IMG/VR virus record: IMGVR_UViG_3300012277_000051
Coordinates: 4,041 to 68,040 of that record
Origin: a virus
Reading direction: 5' to 3' (one strand)
Length of the DNA: 64,000 nt
Shown one piece after another: positions 48,336 through 57,695 of this stretch (within the stretch, counting starts at the first letter, position 1; the number at the start of each line of letters is the position of its first letter). The position numbers and the translations under genes are program-made. A model generated the notes under the pieces. The model was not told the origin of the DNA and made no database searches. It saw only the letters and a list, made by a program, of their open reading frames with translations.

Positions 48336-48406
48336 AAATAAAGAAAACCATTGACAGGAGATTGTTATGGTGATATTATTAATTCATAGTAATAAATAAA
48401 GAAAAC
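48336..48406 (+). promoter_or_regulatory. motif-flanked promoter for the tRNA: AAATAAAGAAAAC, then TTGACA-N17-TATTAT, then AATAAATAAAGAAAAC
   Basis: -35 at about 48351-48356, -10 at about 48374-48379; motif copies at 48336-48348 and 48391-48406. Confidence 0.55.
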
Positions 48407-48432
48407 TGAAAGTGCATTAAGTTGTACTTTCT

Positions 48433-48504
48433 AGCGGTATAGTGAACAGGTTATCACGCTGAGCTTTGACCTCAGAGAAGATGGTTCGATACCATCTACC
48501 GCTG
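48433..48504 (+). tRNA. tRNA-Gln (anticodon UUG)
   Basis: Manual cloverleaf: acceptor stem agcggta/taccgct (7 bp), D-stem gtga/tcac, anticodon stem ctgag/ctcag with loop cTTTGac, T-arm gatgg-TTCGAta-ccatc, discriminator G; no encoded CCA. Confidence 0.8.
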
Positions 48505-48533
48505 TTACTAAATATAGAAGAAAGGGGATTTCG

Positions 48534-48857
48534 ATGAAATATAAAAAATCAGAATTAACAAAGTTTGCAAAGTTAGCAGCCTATGTAAATACTTCGCTGT
48601 TAAATGCCATATGTGATGCTGAATGGATCGACGGTGGCGTTGGAAATTATATTCTTCATGGAATTGCAGATGACGAAGAACCAGAAGTCCAAGAGATAGT
48701 TTGCGAAGTGGCAAAACGATTTGCGAAATACACGAAAGACTATATGTTAGCCGAACCTCAATTGAACGCCAGAACGCTAATCGATGCAGAAGATATCTTA
48801 AGAAAAATAGTTGATTGTTGCGTAGAAAATAATTGGTTCAGGAAGGAGGATTATTAA
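48534..48857 (+). CDS. hypothetical protein
   Basis: ORF track; RBS aaaggggatttcg. Confidence 0.45.
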   Translation: MKYKKSELTKFAKLAAYVNTSLLNAICDAEWIDGGVGNYILHGIADDEEPEVQEIVCEVAKRFAKYTKDYMLAEPQLNARTLIDAEDILRKIVDCCVENNWFRKEDY

Positions 48858-49030
48858 TGATTTGTGCTTTATATGGCAGCACCCATATTGAAATGGTGAA
48901 TCACTTTGAACAAGGTAAGGTTACAAGATACGGACAGTGTAAAGATTGTTATGGGAAGACTGGTGAAAAGAAAATTACATATGGTGAAGTTTTAAAGAGG
49001 GTTGAACAAGAAAGATTTGAATGCAAGTAA
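48857..49030 (+). CDS. small hypothetical protein
   Basis: ATG after ggaaggaggattatta. Confidence 0.35.
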   Translation: MICALYGSTHIEMVNHFEQGKVTRYGQCKDCYGKTGEKKITYGEVLKRVEQERFECK

Positions 49031-49067
49031 TCTGTGGTTTTATTAGAAAATTGAAAAGGAGAGATTT

Positions 49068-50153
49068 ATGGGAAGAAAATTAGCAAGTATCAAGGTTGTT
49101 TCAGAGATGATGCCTATTGATGGAAGAGATAAAATCATGCTTGGTATGGTTGATGGTTGGCAGGTAATTATAAATAAAGATCAGATTAAACAGGGAGATA
49201 AAGTTGTTTACTGTGAGATTGATTCAGTGCTCCCAGAAACAGAACAGTTTGAGTTTTTGAGAAGTAAGAAATTCAGAATCAAGACAATGAAAATGGCCGG
49301 TGTTATCAGTCAGGGTATTTGCTTCCCATTAAGTATTTTACCTCCTGGTAATTATGAGGTTGGAGATGATGTAACGGAAATCCTCGGTGTTAAACAGTAT
49401 GAAGAGACTATGGATAATGACAGGGAAGTAGAAAATGAATTTGCAAATACAGTAAAGAAATATCCGCGGTTTCTAATGAAGCAGAAGTGGTTCAGAAATT
49501 TGGTATTACCAAAGAAGCAAAATAAAGGATTTCCTTCTTTTATTAGTAAGACTGACGAAACTAGAATTCAAAATGCTCCGTTCTATTTGAAGAATAAAAC
49601 ACCATTCGTTGCTACTGAAAAGGTTGATGGGCAGAGTGGAAGCTTCTGTCTGGTAAGGCATAAGAGCAGGATTCCTTTTAAGAAAGATAGATTTGAATAC
49701 ATAGTATGCAGTCGGAATTTGAGACTTTGGAAAAAGGATAGCTCTTCTTATTGGTCTGTATCGGATAGATATGATATTGAAAATGTGTTGAGAAATCTTA
49801 TTGGCAATAAATCTTGGGTAGCCATTCAGGGCGAATGTGTCGCAAGCAATGTCCAAGGAAATAAATATAAGGTTGATAAGCCAGATTTCTACGGATTCAA
49901 TCTGATCTATCCAGAGGGGCGCGTTGACTCAGAAACAGCAGAAATTATCCTTAATAAAGAAGGATTAAAGTTTGTACCTGTAATTGATGCCAACTATATT
50001 ATGCCTGACTCGGTGAAAGAATTATTGGAGTATGCTCATGGAGAAAGCAAATTGTACCCTACCCTGAGAGAGGGTATTGTATTCAGAAGCAAAGATGGTA
50101 AGCAGAGTTTCAAGGCAGTTGATCCGTTGTTTTTGCTGAAACACGATGAGTAA
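49068..50153 (+). CDS. ATP-dependent RNA ligase (DraRnl/Rnl5-like, N-terminal OB domain plus nucleotidyltransferase)
   Basis: KVDGQSGSF (KxDG lysine-adenylation motif I) downstream of an N-terminal OB-like domain. Confidence 0.6.
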   Translation: MGRKLASIKVVSEMMPIDGRDKIMLGMVDGWQVIINKDQIKQGDKVVYCEIDSVLPETEQFEFLRSKKFRIKTMKMAGVISQGICFPLSILPPGNYEVGDDVTEILGVKQYEETMDNDREVENEFANTVKKYPRFLMKQKWFRNLVLPKKQNKGFPSFISKTDETRIQNAPFYLKNKTPFVATEKVDGQSGSFCLVRHKSRIPFKKDRFEYIVCSRNLRLWKKDSSSYWSVSDRYDIENVLRNLIGNKSWVAIQGECVASNVQGNKYKVDKPDFYGFNLIYPEGRVDSETAEIILNKEGLKFVPVIDANYIMPDSVKELLEYAHGESKLYPTLREGIVFRSKDGKQSFKAVDPLFLLKHDE

Positions 50154-50170
50154 TTTGAAAGGATATAATA

Positions 50171-50353
50171 TTGGAAATTACATACCGTAAAAGTGATGGT
50201 ATATATGACTGTTACTTAACAGATCAGGAATCCGAATTTCATTCCAAAGCCGACATTTTTACAACCAAAGCGGTATTTATGCAAAGAATGGAAGAATACT
50301 TTGATTCGGCAATGATGACATGTGTGGAGAAACAATTAAGCGAAAGGAGATAA
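50171..50353 (+). CDS. hypothetical protein
   Basis: ORF track. Confidence 0.35.
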   Translation: MEITYRKSDGIYDCYLTDQESEFHSKADIFTTKAVFMQRMEEYFDSAMMTCVEKQLSERR

Positions 50354-50357
50354 ATGC

Positions 50358-50828
50358 TTGCAATTAAGAGAGTATTTAACAAGTAATAAAATAACTATTG
50401 ATCATGATTTTAGTTCAACTACATATGGAAATCTGGAAAATGTATTGGGTAAAGAGGTGTGGATTTGTGATTACCGATGTGGTGAAGATATATTCAAGAA
50501 ACCAATTAGAAGTATTCCGCCGATAAAAGTAAAAGTATTTAATGCGGAAACGGCTCGAAAGAATATTTATTATTCACCAATTTACTTTAAAGAAATTAAA
50601 GGCGATAAAATTTTGAGTTCTGAAATTGCTCCATGTGACAATACGGGTTATCGTGGACGATCTGGAATAAGTGTTAATATATTTGAATCCGAGTCGGAGT
50701 GTCAGAGGTGTTATGGGAATCAGCTAATGAAAGCAAAAGAGCAATATGATAAGGAATTTTTAAATATCAAGTGTTTGTACGATGAAAAGATTTCTTGGAT
50801 TTTGGGACAGATTAAAGGAGGGAAATAA
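50358..50828 (+). CDS. Cys-rich hypothetical protein
   Basis: ORF track. Confidence 0.4.
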   Translation: MQLREYLTSNKITIDHDFSSTTYGNLENVLGKEVWICDYRCGEDIFKKPIRSIPPIKVKVFNAETARKNIYYSPIYFKEIKGDKILSSEIAPCDNTGYRGRSGISVNIFESESECQRCYGNQLMKAKEQYDKEFLNIKCLYDEKISWILGQIKGGK

Positions 50829-51055
50829 TGCAATGGGATAGCGACACAACCGATGAGGATATCTTGAAAGAATTTATGTCTCATTTCCCTTACGATTATA
50901 AGAATGTTGAACAGCGTAAATTTGTTTTTGATAGCTTGATGTTTAAAAGGCATTTATTAGCTGTGAGATGGCAAATTTTGAAAGACTCTATTATAGAAGA
51001 TATTGAAAAGAAAAGACGCATGATATATGAGGTCTTTAGGAGGATTATTGGATAA
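50828..51055 (+). CDS. hypothetical protein
   Basis: ORF track; RBS aaaggaggg. Confidence 0.35.
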   Translation: MQWDSDTTDEDILKEFMSHFPYDYKNVEQRKFVFDSLMFKRHLLAVRWQILKDSIIEDIEKKRRMIYEVFRRIIG

Positions 51056-51695
51056 ATATTTAAGTATTATAACAAACTTCGGCTGCCACGGTAGATGTCC
51101 GTATTGTGTAGTCAGAGAGAATGGAATCAATGTTCCTGAAACAACATTGTTTGGGCTTAGTAATTTGAAAAATGCTGTAGAAGAAACGAGAGCCAATATC
51201 ATATCTGTTTCAGGTGGTGGAGATCCACTACATAATTACAAAGAGCATAAATACTGGTATACAGAATTATTTGCAATGGTAAATAATATGGGGCTGCCGC
51301 TTGAAATGCACACCAGTTATTTAAACTCAAAATTTCCATACGAGAAATGCAAGAGAGTAGTTTACCATTTACTGACGCTTGACCAGTTAGATGAAATTAC
51401 AAAACTTGAAAAAGAAATCGTCAGAGTGGTTTATGTCGTTGAAAAGTGGATGACAAAAGACCATATTGAATACATCTATGATTATGTGCAGAGAAGCCGT
51501 GATATTGACGAATTGAGTTTCCGCCAGTTGGTAAATGGTAACTTTGAAGAAGAATATCATTTGCACGATTATCTGAAGCGGTATCACGGAAAGAAATGGC
51601 ATTACATAGAACAATGTGATTATAACGATTATTATGTTGAAGAGAAACTGTATAAGAAATTTTCGGATATAGGGAAGGAGGGTGTTAGTGTATAG
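51027..51695 (+). CDS. radical SAM domain protein
   Basis: CHGRCPYC (CxxxCxxC cluster motif) near the N-terminus and ISVSGGGDPL glycine-rich SAM motif. Confidence 0.55.
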   Translation: MRSLGGLLDKYLSIITNFGCHGRCPYCVVRENGINVPETTLFGLSNLKNAVEETRANIISVSGGGDPLHNYKEHKYWYTELFAMVNNMGLPLEMHTSYLNSKFPYEKCKRVVYHLLTLDQLDEITKLEKEIVRVVYVVEKWMTKDHIEYIYDYVQRSRDIDELSFRQLVNGNFEEEYHLHDYLKRYHGKKWHYIEQCDYNDYYVEEKLYKKFSDIGKEGVSV

Positions 51696-52089
51696 TTCAA
51701 ATTCCGAGAGCATATTTGATAAAGAATTGTTTATCGACTTTGACGAGAGTAAACGTGAATTCTTAATATATCTCATAGATCATAAGAAAAAAGTATTTGT
51801 TCCTTATATCCATCAGTATGCAATTGGATTATACGATTTTATCATGAAAAAACGTAAACAGTTTGATATTACTGCTATTGGATTATATGGCATTAGAGGT
51901 GGGATGCACTGGCTGTATGATGAACTTATTTTGTCAGGATATGTTATCTATGATAGGTCAGATATTTATGAATGGAGAATGAATTTGGATCAAAGAGTTA
52001 GGATTGTAACAAGACCTATGTATTATTACGAAGCAAAAGGATACCAACCAATGTCAGAAAAGGAGTATTTAACAGGTATAAAATGCTAG
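51682..52089 (+). CDS. hypothetical protein (GTG start)
   Basis: ORF track; RBS ggaaggagg. Confidence 0.4.
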   Translation: MLVYSSNSESIFDKELFIDFDESKREFLIYLIDHKKKVFVPYIHQYAIGLYDFIMKKRKQFDITAIGLYGIRGGMHWLYDELILSGYVIYDRSDIYEWRMNLDQRVRIVTRPMYYYEAKGYQPMSEKEYLTGIKC

Positions 52090-52121
52090 CGAATTATTGT
52101 TTTATAGTGAGGGAATTATAA

Positions 52122-52322
52122 ATGGATAATGATTTCAAAATCAATATTTACAAATGGAGAGGTGAAGATAGGGTCGATCTTGAATTATCTTTTGGCGATT
52201 ATAGACCGCCAGTTGAGTTAGGATTTGAGTCGGTTGCAATAGCAAGGGATTTTGTAAAGAAATTACAGTCAGCTGAAGTAAGAAAATTAAATGTTAAAGA
52301 GAATGGCGAGGTAGAAGAATGA
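52122..52322 (+). CDS. hypothetical protein
   Basis: ORF track; RBS gagggaatt. Confidence 0.4.
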   Translation: MDNDFKINIYKWRGEDRVDLELSFGDYRPPVELGFESVAIARDFVKKLQSAEVRKLNVKENGEVEE

Positions 52323-52558
52323 TCAGCGAGTTTAGAAATAATATTAAAGCTGAAGGCATTAATTACGAAGATTTGGAAGACTCTGGATATGATGACGGCA
52401 AAGAAATGCTGATTCCAGAAAGTGCAGTTAAGGGAATGCTGGATACTATTGAAGACGAGGTAAATAAGATTTATGCCTTGCTTGAAGATGTAGTGGGGTT
52501 ATCCGAAATTGATGAAATTAAAGAGAAACTAAAAGATTTATCTTACAAACTTTATTGA
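52319..52558 (+). CDS. acidic hypothetical protein
   Basis: ORF track. Confidence 0.4.
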   Translation: MISEFRNNIKAEGINYEDLEDSGYDDGKEMLIPESAVKGMLDTIEDEVNKIYALLEDVVGLSEIDEIKEKLKDLSYKLY

Positions 52559-52570
52559 GTAAATGTCCAA

Positions 52571-52975
52571 TTGATCAAAAAGCAAAGGAGAGTGATTATT
52601 ATTTTATTTATAGTATTTCTAATTATTTCTATACTGATTTGGCCTGTATCGGAATATTTGACCCATGTATCTATGAATAAGAATCAAAAGCTACCCTACG
52701 ACTGGTGTAACTTTAAAACATTTTTAACGGAATTCTACAAGCGATTTGAAAAGAAAGATTTTGAGTTTGACACAAAATATAAATCAATGTTTCTTAAAAC
52801 CTGGGATAACGAATCTAGGAACTATATACATAAATTATACCTTCATGCAAGCATCGTAAAGTTTGATGATAACAAATGTATGATCCTTTATCCATGGAGC
52901 TATTTCAAATATTGCAGATGGCTAAAAAATTATGGAAAAGCAAAGCGAGTCAAAAAGTTATTTACTAGAAAATGA
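52571..52975 (+). CDS. membrane-anchored hypothetical protein (start uncertain)
   Basis: ORF track; N-terminal TM helix. Confidence 0.35.
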   Translation: MIKKQRRVIIILFIVFLIISILIWPVSEYLTHVSMNKNQKLPYDWCNFKTFLTEFYKRFEKKDFEFDTKYKSMFLKTWDNESRNYIHKLYLHASIVKFDDNKCMILYPWSYFKYCRWLKNYGKAKRVKKLFTRK

Positions 52976-53000
52976 GTTATAAGGTGGTGAAAGGAGAAGA

Positions 53001-54125
53001 ATGAATAATACAGCCGAATGTTATGAATTAACGCTCACATCTAATTATGTGTCTGATTGGACTTTTAACGATGCGGTGAGAGAATTAATTCAGAATGGAA
53101 CGGATCAGGAGGTGCTTGATCCAAGTAATAAATTTGATATTACATATGATAGCAGTAATAAATCATTAAAATTGACCAATAGCAAGTCCAAGTTAAGTGT
53201 AAATACCCTTTTGTTAGGCAGAAGTAGCAAAAGCAATAACGAGGAAACTGTAGGACAATTTGGTGAAGGCTATAAAATTGCGGCGTTAGTGCTCAATCGC
53301 CTGGGTAAGACCTTTACCATTTATAATAACGAAAAGAATGAAATTTGGGAATCTAAATTTAAGAATAGCGAGAAATGGAAAGAAAAAATTCTTGCGTTCT
53401 ATGTTTCAAAGAATGAAACAAGTGATAGTGGTCTGGTAATAGAAATCAAGAATGTAAGTTACAAGGAATATTCTGATCTTGAAGAAATTTGGCTAGGGTT
53501 CTATGAATATGAAAAAATCAATACTACATATGGTGAGATATTAATTGATGAATACCAGGAGAATCTTATTTACGTAAACGGACTGAGAATAGGATTCAAT
53601 GGAGACCTAAAATACGGATACAATTTTAAACCTAAGTATATCAAATTAGAACGTGACAGAAAGACTTGCGATGGTTGGGAAGCGAAGATCACTACTTCAA
53701 AAATGCTTACTGAAGCAATGATTAACGGAGATATTAGACCGGAGAAGATACAGAAAATGATCGAAGAAGATTCTGATGATATTTATCAGATGGATATGAT
53801 AGGGGACAAAGATAAGATAAAAGAAATGCTAATTGATGCATTCGATAAGCAGAATGAAAAACCATTCTCGGTGCCAGTACATACGCAAGACGAGGTTGCA
53901 AAAGTAAAAGCTTTAGGTGGAAATCCAATTATTGTTCCATACAGAGTCTCTACATTAATAAAGTCTGAAACTGACAAGAGGATTCAGGAGCTCATTAACT
54001 TTCCAAAATCTACCGCCATGACGATAAGAGAAAGATTTGACCTATGGTTTATTTCTTACCAGGATAAATTACCAAGTAATGCAAGATTAGAGATTCGTGA
54101 ACTGATAGATAAATTAGAAATTTAA
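53001..54125 (+). CDS. GHKL-superfamily (histidine kinase/Hsp90/MutL-like) ATPase domain protein
   Basis: N-box-like AVRELIQNGTDQ and G1-box-like GQFGEGYK. Confidence 0.45.
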   Translation: MNNTAECYELTLTSNYVSDWTFNDAVRELIQNGTDQEVLDPSNKFDITYDSSNKSLKLTNSKSKLSVNTLLLGRSSKSNNEETVGQFGEGYKIAALVLNRLGKTFTIYNNEKNEIWESKFKNSEKWKEKILAFYVSKNETSDSGLVIEIKNVSYKEYSDLEEIWLGFYEYEKINTTYGEILIDEYQENLIYVNGLRIGFNGDLKYGYNFKPKYIKLERDRKTCDGWEAKITTSKMLTEAMINGDIRPEKIQKMIEEDSDDIYQMDMIGDKDKIKEMLIDAFDKQNEKPFSVPVHTQDEVAKVKALGGNPIIVPYRVSTLIKSETDKRIQELINFPKSTAMTIRERFDLWFISYQDKLPSNARLEIRELIDKLEI

Positions 54126-54163
54126 GATCAAATGATTCTTTTATGAGAAGAAAGGAAGGTTGA

Positions 54164-54529
54164 ATGAAACAGTTTAAATGTAAAAAATGTGGAAGCATAG
54201 AAGTCTTTATAAGCAAGTCTGGAAATAACACGGGACTTTATTGTTCAGATTGTGGTAAGTGGATACAGTGGCTTAATAAAGACGAAATTAGATTAGCAGA
54301 AAGACAAATAAATGAAATAAAAATCCCAAACGTACCTGTCAATAATAAGAGCCATAATAAGTATTGCGGTGTGAAAATTACATCATCAATTATCTTTAAT
54401 GAAAACGATACAAGGGATTATAAAGATATTGTTGATGAAATTGAAAATGCTATGTACAAAGTATTAGATAAGCGTGGGCATACTTTATTGTGCGGTACAG
54501 GAAAGGGGATAGCAGTTGAAGATCTTTGA
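54164..54529 (+). CDS. zinc-ribbon protein
   Basis: CKKCGS...CSDCGKW. Confidence 0.4.
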   Translation: MKQFKCKKCGSIEVFISKSGNNTGLYCSDCGKWIQWLNKDEIRLAERQINEIKIPNVPVNNKSHNKYCGVKITSSIIFNENDTRDYKDIVDEIENAMYKVLDKRGHTLLCGTGKGIAVEDL

Positions 54530-54956
54530 TTATGCAGATTTAGGTGGAAAATTCTCTTGGGATTATTCAAGGCTTGGAGTTACACCAGAATCAGACGGGA
54601 TAGCACCTATCGCCGTAACGAATAAATCTATAGAAATGGGAGACGTACTTGTTATTGATGATATAGCTTACACTGTTTCTTCCATGTCTGGTAAAGGTGA
54701 TACATATTATGCGGCCTATGTTAAAAAACTGAAGAATCAAGATATATTCATCTGTAATAAAGAGCCGGCAGATCAGAACTACAAATCAGAAATTACCTGT
54801 CCATATTGTGGCTGCGAGATCGAAAGTCGGGAGATGGACGATGAAGAAGATGATTATGAATGTGGTAACTGTGGTAGTACATTTTCTTACCAGAGACATG
54901 TGACAGTTGAATATTGTAGTCAACCAAAGTATAAGGCTGTGGCTAAGAGATTGTGA
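54516..54956 (+). CDS. zinc-ribbon protein
   Basis: CPYCGC...CGNCG. Confidence 0.4.
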   Translation: MKIFDYADLGGKFSWDYSRLGVTPESDGIAPIAVTNKSIEMGDVLVIDDIAYTVSSMSGKGDTYYAAYVKKLKNQDIFICNKEPADQNYKSEITCPYCGCEIESREMDDEEDDYECGNCGSTFSYQRHVTVEYCSQPKYKAVAKRL

Positions 54957-54964
54957 GGTGGGTG

Positions 54965-55186
54965 ATGATTTGTCCAAGGTGTGGCAATCATATAAGCGGA
55001 AATTTTGTAACAAAGAATGGGAGTATGTATGTAAATTGGTTATGCAAATGTGGGTACAACCCAGCAGAACAGACATTTGAATCTGCTATGCTAGAATCGG
55101 AGCGTAGGCTCAATGAATCATTGAAAGAATTAGAGTTAATGAGGTTACGTAATGCTCCAAGCAATAATCCGATTTACCTATGCTAA
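54965..55186 (+). CDS. zinc-ribbon protein
   Basis: ATG after gaggtgggtg; CPRCGN...CKCG. Confidence 0.4.
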   Translation: MICPRCGNHISGNFVTKNGSMYVNWLCKCGYNPAEQTFESAMLESERRLNESLKELELMRLRNAPSNNPIYLC

Positions 55187-55231
55187 ATTACCACCAAACA
55201 GATATTTTATAAGAAGAAAAGGAGAACTTGA

Positions 55232-55867
55232 ATGAGTAATAGTAGCTTATATGGAATTAGAAAAGATTGTACAGGAGAATTGATGAACGAATATGGGAAT
55301 TCGTGGTTATTTTCTCCTATCGTAATGGGGATATTACCTGATAAATATATTCCAGAGGCACTTATAACTCCATACGGATATAAGAAAAGCATTATTGGAA
55401 GTTTTGACAATGGAGAACTTTGGGGACAGACCAATAACAAAATAAATAAATGCGATAATACTCCCGATAGGATATGTTGGGAATTGAGTAATCAGCAAAT
55501 ATTCTTTACAAAAGATAAAAAGTGTATCTCTGATAGTATCAGGCAATTTGTATTAAACAATGATGAATATGATAAATCAAAAGATGACGGAATTTCGCCT
55601 CTTAAAAGAGAACATATAATCGAAAGATTTAATGATATTGCCAATGACATTGAATCGCTTGACGAAAAAGAATATCCATATTTCGTATTTAAAAATACCT
55701 CTTGTGATGACGGAGTCGAGCGTTGGTTCAGAAAATACAATGAGGAAATAGGCGAATATGAAGATAGCTCACTTAAAGACTGGAACGAATTTTTAGCTGA
55801 ATTTGTAATTATTAACAACGATAGGATTACTGAATTCATTAGTAATTTAGACTATAGTTTCACATAA
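55232..55867 (+). CDS. hypothetical protein
   Basis: ORF track; RBS aaaggagaacttga. Confidence 0.45.
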   Translation: MSNSSLYGIRKDCTGELMNEYGNSWLFSPIVMGILPDKYIPEALITPYGYKKSIIGSFDNGELWGQTNNKINKCDNTPDRICWELSNQQIFFTKDKKCISDSIRQFVLNNDEYDKSKDDGISPLKREHIIERFNDIANDIESLDEKEYPYFVFKNTSCDDGVERWFRKYNEEIGEYEDSSLKDWNEFLAEFVIINNDRITEFISNLDYSFT

Positions 55868-55893
55868 GAGCTAAAGGAGAGGTGACAGGCAAT

Positions 55894-56340
55894 ATGAGTG
55901 TAGAAGAAAAATCCAACCTGTATAACGAAACAACAAATAAGATCTTAGATCTCCTACAAGTAGTTGATGATGAACTTGGAGAGAAAGAATCTCTTTCAAT
56001 ATTATCGAGTATTCTAAGTCACTATGATTTACAAACAGCAGCCATGTTGGTCAAGGCAGGTTGCGACCCGTGTATTTTGAAAAGATGTTACGAAGATAAA
56101 CATTTTGATGAAGGCAACGAAGAAGCAGGTTTTGTTAGTCTATCAAAAATATTAAGCGATATGGAAGAAATTTTAAATTGCGACGATTCGCTTCCAGATA
56201 TTCGTTTTACAAAATTTTTGAGATTGGAAACTGATGAAGAAAAAGAAGATGAAGGTCACAGTCAGGACGTTGAATGGTTTACAGAAGATGAGAGCCATAA
56301 TATCAAAGATACATATATCGGATTTGAAGATATTTACTAG
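55894..56340 (+). CDS. acidic hypothetical protein
   Basis: ATG 12 nt after aaggagag. Confidence 0.4.
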   Translation: MSVEEKSNLYNETTNKILDLLQVVDDELGEKESLSILSSILSHYDLQTAAMLVKAGCDPCILKRCYEDKHFDEGNEEAGFVSLSKILSDMEEILNCDDSLPDIRFTKFLRLETDEEKEDEGHSQDVEWFTEDESHNIKDTYIGFEDIY

Positions 56341-56476
56341 ATGGTGTTATTTTTGTACTCAAAATTAAAGATAACATACAATATATAGTGTTGCTAAAAA
56401 TGATAGACCACAACATATAGTAACGAAATCATGATAAAATGGCTCTTTTATGGGCTATTTAAAAGGAGGATATTTA

Positions 56477-57160
56477 TTGAAAATTGAATTAACAGAAGTA
56501 TGGGGATTTAAACATGCCATAAGGGGAATGCGCAATCCCATGAATAGCTGGGATAAAAGTGATTCAGGCGAATGCAATGGTCTATGTGTTGAATGTCAAT
56601 ATCTTGATAAAAACTGTGATGTTAATGATTATATCGGAACCAATGATCTAAAACTTGCACAGCAGCTTATTAGAGCAGGTTCAGAACATCGAAAGTTTTT
56701 GCGTCAGATATTTGTATCGGTAGACATTACAGCCCCTCTCTACTGGTGGAAAGAATTTGATACATATAAGGTAGGAACAACTGCCAACTCAACGAGCACG
56801 ATGCATAAGTTGTCTACTATTCCTATTACATTGGAATGTTTTGAAACAGACGATTACTGCCCAGAAGTTTTTGTAAACGTAGAAGAGATAGATTATCTTA
56901 TTCAGTTCTTAGAATCTTTAAGGACGAAATATCTTGCCACAAAAGACAAAAGATATTGGAAAGAGTTAATTCGCTGGCTTCCAGAATCGTGGCTTCAAAC
57001 TAGAACCATCACTATGAACTATGAAAATCTATATTCAATCATTCGACATAGAAGAAATCACAAACTCACAGAATGGAGTGATTCGTTTATTGATTGGTGT
57101 AAGACACTGCCATATGCTGACGAACTGTTATTTTTGGATTTAGATAAGAAGGGAGAATAA
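56477..57160 (+). CDS. ThyX-like (flavin-dependent thymidylate synthase fold) protein lacking the canonical RHRx7S motif
   Basis: N-terminal KIELTEVWGF...IRGMRNP and IFVSVDITAPLYWWKEF align with ThyX strands, but DTYK replaces RHR; TTG start after aaaaggagg. Confidence 0.4.
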   Translation: MKIELTEVWGFKHAIRGMRNPMNSWDKSDSGECNGLCVECQYLDKNCDVNDYIGTNDLKLAQQLIRAGSEHRKFLRQIFVSVDITAPLYWWKEFDTYKVGTTANSTSTMHKLSTIPITLECFETDDYCPEVFVNVEEIDYLIQFLESLRTKYLATKDKRYWKELIRWLPESWLQTRTITMNYENLYSIIRHRRNHKLTEWSDSFIDWCKTLPYADELLFLDLDKKGE

Positions 57161-57163
57161 ATA

Positions 57164-57694
57164 TTGTTAGTGATTTTAGGAGAGTCTGCGTCAGGTAAAA
57201 GTACAGTGCAGGATATACTATGTGAAAGATATGGAATCAAAAGACTAATTACATACACTACTAGGCAACCACGCAAAGGTGAAGTTGATGGAGTAGATTA
57301 TCATTTTGTATCAGAAGAGAAATTCGACAAATTATTAAATCAGAACTTTTTCTGCGAATCTGCAACATATAACGGCTGGCATTATGGTACGGCAACTGAG
57401 GATTGCTTAAACAATAGAATTGCAGTGTTAACACCACACGGATTTAGACAAATTAAAAAAATGGTGCCAACAACTTCTTTCTATATTAACGTACCAAGAC
57501 GTGACAGGTTAATTAAAATCCTTAATCGAGGAGATAACATTGAAGAAGCGTACAGGCGGTCATTATCAGATGTAGGTATGTTTGATGGAATAGAAGAAGA
57601 GGTTGATTTTGTTGTTGATAATGATGGTTATGCCAAGTTACCAAGTCAGGTAGCTGAGGAAATAATTAATAACTATGGTTTAAAGGAGGAATAA
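57164..57694 (+). CDS. guanylate-kinase-like P-loop nucleoside monophosphate kinase
   Basis: GESASGKST P-loop and TTRQPRKGEVDGVDYHFVS (the Gmk substrate-binding signature). Confidence 0.65.
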   Translation: MLVILGESASGKSTVQDILCERYGIKRLITYTTRQPRKGEVDGVDYHFVSEEKFDKLLNQNFFCESATYNGWHYGTATEDCLNNRIAVLTPHGFRQIKKMVPTTSFYINVPRRDRLIKILNRGDNIEEAYRRSLSDVGMFDGIEEEVDFVVDNDGYAKLPSQVAEEIINNYGLKEE

Positions 57695-57695
57695 G

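Noticed and set aside
14871-48406. Repeated 13-17-nt motif as a CRISPR array
   Set aside because: Copies are tens of kilobases apart and irregularly spaced, and are embedded in promoters and 5'UTRs. There are no regular repeat-spacer units.
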